Assembly: GCA_030622115.1 (NCBI GenBank)
Contig: JAUXGN010000008.1
Coordinates: 8,185-72,184 of the forward strand
Direction: 5' to 3'
Origin: Candidatus Eiseniibacteriota bacterium
Lineage (GTDB): Bacteria; Joyebacterota; Joyebacteria; Joyebacterales; Joyebacteraceae
DNA length: 64,000 nucleotides
A program made the position numbers and the translations under genes. The stretch's first letter is position 1. Each line of letters starts with the position of its first letter. Below the pieces are notes generated by a model. The model did no database searches. It saw nothing but the letters and a program-made list of their open reading frames with translations, and was not told the origin of the DNA. Positions 58,508 to 64,000 of this stretch are shown piece by piece.

Positions 58508-59971
58508 ATGACAGAGACGGGCAGCCCTCTCAGGGTCTATACACTCAGCGGCCTCCCTCCGGAGGTCGTAGCGGTCACATTCGCGAAGACGTCACGCGTA
58601 CCCGACTCGTTTGAGGAGATTGCCCGCGAACTCTCCGAGAGCGAGTCGTCGCGTTTTCACGAGAAGTGGGTGATAGGGTATGGGCACTCGTCCGTAGCCG
58701 AGCACGCGGTGCTCTCGATCGCCATAGAGAATATCTCCATTCTGGGCGCCAAGTTCGTGGAAGAGAGCCGGCTCTCCTCGTTCACCGAGAAATCCACACG
58801 CTATCAGGTGATGTCCCCGGACAACTACTACACTCCACCCACATTCGCGTCGGGCGAGGCAGGCAGGGTCTACCGAGAAGCAATCGCCGGACTCTATGCG
58901 GCCTACGACAAGCTGATGCCGGAGGCCAGGGCCTATTGCGATGAAGCCTACGGCGGTCCGGAGTGGAGGGAGCGCGGCTACACGCCGAAGGGGAAGGCGT
59001 GCGACTCCATCCGCGGGCTCCTGCCGGCGGCCGCCAAGACGAACATGGGTTGGACGGTCAATGCGAGAAGTCTGAGGCACGGGCTTGTCAGGATGGCCTC
59101 GAGCCCGCTCGATGAGATGCAGTGTCTGGCCGCAGAACTCAGGCGGATCGGGGAGGCGCAGATTCCCACGCTGCTCAGGTACACCGACCCATCTCCCTAC
59201 CAGGAAGGTTGGGAAGAGCGGATGGCCGCCGCGCTTGCGCCGCGCCTGTCTGCCGCAGAGGCTGGGGGGCGCGGAGCGGGATTCGCAATGGCCGCCGCTC
59301 GAGGGACACAGGCGTCGGGAGGAGCGCGCATCGTTCACTACGACGAGGACGGAGAGGCATCCGTACTCTCATCGCTTCTCTTTCGAGCCGGAGGGCGGCC
59401 GTACTGTGAGGCGCAGGCGCTCGTCGCAGATATGAATAGGGACGAGCGGAGGTCGGCATTCAAGATCGCGCTGGCGGGGATGACAGAGCACGAGGCGCCG
59501 GTCCGTGAGTTCGAGAACACCAGCTACACGTTCGAGATCACATGTGATTTCGGCGCGTATCGCGATATCCAGCGGCATCGCATGACGACACAGACCCAGC
59601 AACTCCTGACGTGCGACCTGGGCTATGTGGTAACGGACGATGCACGTGCGGCCGGTCTGGACGGACAAGTGGAGAGGGTGCTTGAGGGAGTGCGCGAGTC
59701 GTGGTGCGTCCTCGCCGACATCGATCCAGAGCATGCGCAATATGTCGTACCGCTCGCGTACAACAAGCGGTTCCTCATGCGGATGAATTTCAGGGAAGCA
59801 CTCCATTTTGTGAGGTTGAGATCGAAGGTTCAAGGGCACGAGTCGTACCGGCGCGTGGCGTGGGCGGTGAAACGAGAGATCGAGCGTGTTCACCCGCTTC
59901 TGGGTGAACTGATACCGGTCGACGTGGAAGGCGCTCCGGCGGCAGAGATCGTCGGCGCGCGGGAACGATAG
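58508..59971 (+). CDS. thyX: tandem ThyX-fold protein (FAD-dependent thymidylate synthase-like, duplicated)
   Basis: First half HSSVAEHAVLS...ESRLSSFTEKSTRYQ (RHR replaced), NARSLRHGL; second half FEITCDFGAYRDIQRHRMTTQTQ with intact RHR motif; 487 aa vs ~220-250 aa typical. Confidence 0.6.
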   Translation: MTETGSPLRVYTLSGLPPEVVAVTFAKTSRVPDSFEEIARELSESESSRFHEKWVIGYGHSSVAEHAVLSIAIENISILGAKFVEESRLSSFTEKSTRYQVMSPDNYYTPPTFASGEAGRVYREAIAGLYAAYDKLMPEARAYCDEAYGGPEWRERGYTPKGKACDSIRGLLPAAAKTNMGWTVNARSLRHGLVRMASSPLDEMQCLAAELRRIGEAQIPTLLRYTDPSPYQEGWEERMAAALAPRLSAAEAGGRGAGFAMAAARGTQASGGARIVHYDEDGEASVLSSLLFRAGGRPYCEAQALVADMNRDERRSAFKIALAGMTEHEAPVREFENTSYTFEITCDFGAYRDIQRHRMTTQTQQLLTCDLGYVVTDDARAAGLDGQVERVLEGVRESWCVLADIDPEHAQYVVPLAYNKRFLMRMNFREALHFVRLRSKVQGHESYRRVAWAVKREIERVHPLLGELIPVDVEGAPAAEIVGARER

Positions 59972-60002
59972 ACACGAGCGACCTCTAGCTTAAGGATTCC
60001 GA

Positions 60003-61115
60003 ATGAGCGAGAAACAGAGAGAGAAGCCCGGAGGCGAGTTGCCGGAGGGAGTGCCGCCGATCGAGGCGCTTGGCGCCGAGAAGGGCAAGGTCCACTACGG
60101 CGGGCAGGCCGTCATCGAGGGCGTGATGATGCGTGGTCCGCGCAAGGTCGCGGTGGCCGTCAGGCTTCCAAACGGGGAGATTGACGTCCACAGTGAGGAA
60201 TTCACCTCGATATCGAGGAAGAACAAGGTCTTCAGGCTGCCGGTCATACGAGGCGGGCTGACTCTCATCGAGTCACTTGCCTTGGGCATCAAGGCCCTCA
60301 ACTTCTCGGCGAGCACCGCGATGGAGGCCGAGGCTGAGGCGGAGGTCGGGGGGAAGGCAGAGGCGACGGCGGGTGCGGTTGCGGATGCAGAGGCTGGGGC
60401 GGAGGAAGTGGCCGAGCCGCGCAGGCTGGGACGGGATGACTGGAAGACCAAGGCAGCACTGACCGGGACTATGGTAGTTGCCTTCGGTCTGGGCATCCTC
60501 TTCTTCTTTTACATTCCGCTTGTGCTTTCCGAGCAATTGACGCGTTGGCTGGGAAGCGACAGTTCGATTCTGTTCAACGCGGTTGACGGAGTCATCCGTG
60601 TTATCTTCTTCCTTGCGTATATCTGGGGGATCTCCCAGTGGCGTGAGATGAGACGAGTCTTTGAGTACCACGGCGCGGAGCACAAGACCATCTTCTGCCA
60701 CGAGGAAGAGGCGGAGCTGACTCCGGCGAACGCGCAGAAGCACACAACGCGGCATCCCAGATGCGGCACGAGCTTTCTTCTCATAGTGATGGTCGTGAGT
60801 ATTCTGGTGTTCATGCTGACCGGGCGCCCGCAGACCATCGGGCACCGCCTCATGAGGCTTCTGCTCATTCCCGTCATCGCCGGCGTCTCGTACGAGATCA
60901 TGAAGCTTTCCGCCCTCCACGGCAAAACGCGTTGGGCGAGGGCGATCTCGGCTCCCGGTATGTGGCTTCAGGGGATAACCACGAAGCCGCCGTCGGATGC
61001 GCAGGTCGAGGTCGCGATCGCGGCGCTTAGGGCCGTGAGGGAAGAAGGCGGCACGGTTGCTATGGCCGCGGTCGGCATCGACGGGGATGGAACGGATGGC
61101 GACGATGCTCGATAA
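60003..61115 (+). CDS. DUF1385 (YqhQ-like) membrane protein
   Basis: Conserved HGAEHKTI motif, [10 protein letters not shown]-terminal region, several TM helices. Confidence 0.65.
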   Translation: MSEKQREKPGGELPEGVPPIEALGAEKGKVHYGGQAVIEGVMMRGPRKVAVAVRLPNGEIDVHSEEFTSISRKNKVFRLPVIRGGLTLIESLALGIKALNFSASTAMEAEAEAEVGGKAEATAGAVADAEAGAEEVAEPRRLGRDDWKTKAALTGTMVVAFGLGILFFFYIPLVLSEQLTRWLGSDSSILFNAVDGVIRVIFFLAYIWGISQWREMRRVFEYHGAEHKTIFCHEEEAELTPANAQKHTTRHPRCGTSFLLIVMVVSILVFMLTGRPQTIGHRLMRLLLIPVIAGVSYEIMKLSALHGKTRWARAISAPGMWLQGITTKPPSDAQVEVAIAALRAVREEGGTVAMAAVGIDGDGTDGDDAR

Positions 61116-62172
61116 GCTCATATCCATAAGGAAGCACTACGACGAACTCACGGAGCTTCTCTCCACGCCCGAGGTGCTTGCCGACCACAACCTCATCAGG
61201 AAGTACTCGAAGGAGCGGGCCGGGCTCAACGACGTCGTTCTTGCTGGTACTGAGTACCTGCGGGTCATGAGCGACATAGAGGCGGCCACGGAGATAATCG
61301 AATCGGCTGACGACCCGGAGGAGAAGGAGTTCGCGAAGGAGGAACTGGAGGAACTTGGCGCGCGCCGGTCTGAACTCGACGAACGACTGAGACTCCTGCT
61401 CGTCCCCAAGGATCCGAACGACGACAAGAACGTGATCGTCGAGATCCGGGCTGGGACCGGTGGGGAGGAGGCTGCGCTCTTCGCTTCTGATCTCTTCCGG
61501 ATGTACACACGCTACGCCGAGCGCAGGAAATGGGCGATCGACGTGATGAACACGAGCGAGAGCGGAGCCGGTGGATTCAAGGAGATCGTTTTCTCTGTTG
61601 ACGGGCATGGCGCCTACAGCCGCTTCAAGTTTGAGAGCGGTGTTCACCGCGTGCAGCGTGTTCCCGAGACTGAGTCGCAGGGGAGGATCCACACGTCTGC
61701 GGCCACCGTGGCCGTGCTTCCCGAAGCTGAGGAAGTAGACATAGATATCAAGCAGGAAGATCTCAAGATAGACGTCTACCGTGCGACCGGCCCGGGAGGT
61801 CAGAGTGTCAACACGACCGATTCGGCCGTTCGTATCACGCACAAGCCGACCGGTCTCGTGGTCACGTGTCAGGATGAGAAATCGCAGCACAAGAACAAGA
61901 CGAAGGCGCTCAAGGTTCTGAGAGCCAGGCTTTACGAGGTTGAGCGTGAGAAGCAGCGGGCCGAGATGGACAAGACCCGCAGAAGCCAGATCTCAACGGG
62001 GGACCGGAGCGCCAAGATCCGCACCTACAACTTCCCGCAGAGCCGGGTCACTGACCACAGAACCAACATGACACTCTACGGCATCGATCAGGTGCTTGAC
62101 GGTGGGCTCGATGAGCTCATGGACGCGCTGGCGACTCAAGACCAGGCCGACAAGATGGCGCACTCGGAGTGA
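61105..62172 (+). CDS. prfA: peptide chain release factor 1
   Basis: GGQ motif [18 protein letters not shown], PxT-type RF1 decoding region, typical length. Confidence 0.9.
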   Translation: MLDKLISIRKHYDELTELLSTPEVLADHNLIRKYSKERAGLNDVVLAGTEYLRVMSDIEAATEIIESADDPEEKEFAKEELEELGARRSELDERLRLLLVPKDPNDDKNVIVEIRAGTGGEEAALFASDLFRMYTRYAERRKWAIDVMNTSESGAGGFKEIVFSVDGHGAYSRFKFESGVHRVQRVPETESQGRIHTSAATVAVLPEAEEVDIDIKQEDLKIDVYRATGPGGQSVNTTDSAVRITHKPTGLVVTCQDEKSQHKNKTKALKVLRARLYEVEREKQRAEMDKTRRSQISTGDRSAKIRTYNFPQSRVTDHRTNMTLYGIDQVLDGGLDELMDALATQDQADKMAHSE

Positions 62173-63098
62173 GGGCCTTGGTTACCATCTGGACCATCAC
62201 CGAACTCATCAATTGGAGCAGGAGCTATCTCGCCGAGAGGGGCTTCGAGAACGCACGGCTCGAGACCGAGCTGCTTCTGAGTCACGTGCTTTCTCTTCCA
62301 AGAATCGAACTATACGTCCAACACGACCGTCAGTTGAGTCAGGATGAGTTGGCAAGGTACAAGGCGCTGTTCAAGAGGCGTCTGGCTTGGGAGCCGGTGC
62401 AGTATGTCACCGGGACGTCGGCCTTCATGATGGCCGAGTTCGAGGTGACACCGGCGACACTGATACCGCGACCCGAGACCGAGGCGATGACGGAGATCGC
62501 GATCGGGCTCATCGTCGGGCAGGCGGGCGATGACGGCACGGAGTCAGAGACCGGAGGTCGTCTCCTTCTGGCAGATATCGGAACAGGTTCTGGCGTCATC
62601 GCCATCACGCTCGCACAGAAGTTTCCGGAAGCCGAAGTCGTTGCAACCGACATATCGGCCGACGCGCTCTCGGTAGCTGCGCGCAATGCCGAGAGGATCG
62701 GTGTTTCGGAGAGAATCCGATTCGCGGAAGGCACTGGAGTTGAACCCCTTGCGGCGGCGGGATTTCAAGGGAAACTCTCGGGAATCGTTTCGAACCCACC
62801 GTATGTCTGCTCGGGTGACATGGAGACGCTTCCGCGCGAGGTGCGCGAGTTCGAGCCGGGAGTTGCGCTCGACGGAGGTAGCGATGGGCTTGACTGCATC
62901 CGCTGTCTGGCGCAGGATGGTCCTGAGTTTCTGGCGGACGGTGGGTCAATGGTGATCGAGTTCGGAGAGGGGCAAGCCGGCGCCGTGCGCGAGTTGATGG
63001 AGAAGCGACTTGGGTGCGTCGAAATACACAAGGACTACGCAGGTCGCGACCGCATAGCGACCGGCATCAAGTCAACCGAGGCGAACAGCAATGGATAG
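62169..63098 (+). CDS. prmC: release factor glutamine N5-methyltransferase PrmC/HemK
   Basis: NPPY motif (IVSNPPYV), SAM-binding [10 protein letters not shown]; start overlaps prfA stop. Confidence 0.85.
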   Translation: MRALVTIWTITELINWSRSYLAERGFENARLETELLLSHVLSLPRIELYVQHDRQLSQDELARYKALFKRRLAWEPVQYVTGTSAFMMAEFEVTPATLIPRPETEAMTEIAIGLIVGQAGDDGTESETGGRLLLADIGTGSGVIAITLAQKFPEAEVVATDISADALSVAARNAERIGVSERIRFAEGTGVEPLAAAGFQGKLSGIVSNPPYVCSGDMETLPREVREFEPGVALDGGSDGLDCIRCLAQDGPEFLADGGSMVIEFGEGQAGAVRELMEKRLGCVEIHKDYAGRDRIATGIKSTEANSNG

Positions 63099-64000
63099 GA
63101 TCATCGTAGACGGCGGCGCACAGCTGAAGGGCGAGATTCGCGTCAGCGGCGCCAAGAACGCAGCACTTCCGATCATGGCGGCGACGCTGCTCTCGCCCGG
63201 GACATTCCTCCTGAGTAATGTACCAAGACTCAGAGACGTCATTACCATGGAGAACGTGCTCCGCGTTCTCGGGGCGCAGGTCACGCATCACGATCACAGC
63301 ATCACCGTGGACACGACCAACTGCAACTACCATGAAGCTCCGTACGAGCTCGTCAAGACCATGCGGGCTTCGATCTGTGTGCTCGGTCCGATTCTCGCCA
63401 GATTGGGACGCGCCCGCGTCTCGCTCCCCGGTGGGTGCGCCTGGGGTCCCCGTCCGGTCGATTTCCATATCAAGGCGATGCGGGATCTCGGAGCGAGCGT
63501 CGAGATCGAACACGGCTATATAGTGGCCGAGGCCAAGCGGCTCAAGGGCGCCAGTATCGTTTTTGAGAAGTCGAGCGTGGGCGCCACCGAGAACGCGATG
63601 ATGGCAGCGACGCTTGCCGACGGGAGAACCGTCATCGAGAACGCGGCGAGTGAACCTGAAATCGGCGCGCTTGCGGATTTCCTGAGAAGCATGGGGTCCA
63701 TGATCGAGGGAGACGGGACCGGCACCATCACTATCGAGGGCGTCAGTGAACTGCGGTCGGCGGATGTGAGTGTTATGCCGGACAGGATCGAGGCAGGGAC
63801 GTTCATGGTCGCAGCTGCTATCACGCGTGGTGACATTCTTGTCATGGGCGCCGACATCTCGCACTGCGCGGCCGTTGTATCGAAGCTGCGTGAGGCAGGA
63901 GTCGAGGTGGTCGTGGTGGAGGATGGGATTCGTGTGCGCGGCCCCGAGCGGCTCGGATCCGTGAACGTGACCACCGCACCGTACCCGGGATTTCCGACCG
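63091..64000 (+). CDS. murA: UDP-N-acetylglucosamine 1-carboxyvinyltransferase MurA (N-terminal part, runs off window)
   Basis: [31 protein letters not shown]..., active-site Cys region (LPGGCAWGPRPVD); overlaps prmC stop (ATGGATAG). Confidence 0.85.
   Translation, partial: MDRIIVDGGAQLKGEIRVSGAKNAALPIMAATLLSPGTFLLSNVPRLRDVITMENVLRVLGAQVTHHDHSITVDTTNCNYHEAPYELVKTMRASICVLGPILARLGRARVSLPGGCAWGPRPVDFHIKAMRDLGASVEIEHGYIVAEAKRLKGASIVFEKSSVGATENAMMAATLADGRTVIENAASEPEIGALADFLRSMGSMIEGDGTGTITIEGVSELRSADVSVMPDRIEAGTFMVAAAITRGDILVMGADISHCAAVVSKLREAGVEVVVVEDGIRVRGPERLGSVNVTTAPYPGFPT

Overview
High-GC (~65%) bacterial chromosomal window, probably from an uncultivated Gram-negative lineage; FCB/Gemmatimonadota-like is a low-confidence guess from gene content. 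Genes are densely packed, mostly on the + strand, with no rRNA, tRNA, CRISPR array or obvious mobile element. Housekeeping genes found: rlmN, sppA, tsaD, priA, ilvC, rho, rpmE, prfA-prmC-murA, rtcB with archease, polX, htpX-lemA, htrA, tldD/pmbA, an RpoD-family sigma factor, an AmiC-like amidase and an NCS2 purine permease. The standout is an apparently undescribed RiPP-type locus at ~11.5-17.5 kb. It comprises a radical SAM/SPASM enzyme with a ~480-aa N-terminal extension whose 3' end overlaps the first of two tandem 55-56-aa precursor-like peptides. Both peptides share an N-terminal 'LANG' motif and a Cys/Asp-rich core in which every Cys has an Asp 3-5 residues downstream (A 14175-14345; B 14384-14551). 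These are followed by a secreted FG-GAP/beta-propeller protein and a two-gene ABC exporter. The locus is flanked upstream by an unusual TPR-fused sigma54 enhancer-binding protein (GAFTGA degenerated to GAFTDA) with a candidate sigma54 promoter, and downstream by a ZraS/ZraR-like sigma54 two-component system. Next to that is a Spy/CpxP/ZraP-family (LTxxQ) Met/Gly-rich periplasmic protein behind a textbook sigma54 promoter. Other oddities: three intergenic tandem hairpin-repeat arrays (two with a 29-bp period), SppA fused to an N-terminal FadL/PorV-like beta-barrel-like domain, a pair of M16 pseudo-peptidases lacking HxxEH, and a tandem ThyX-fold protein whose first repeat has lost the RHR motif.
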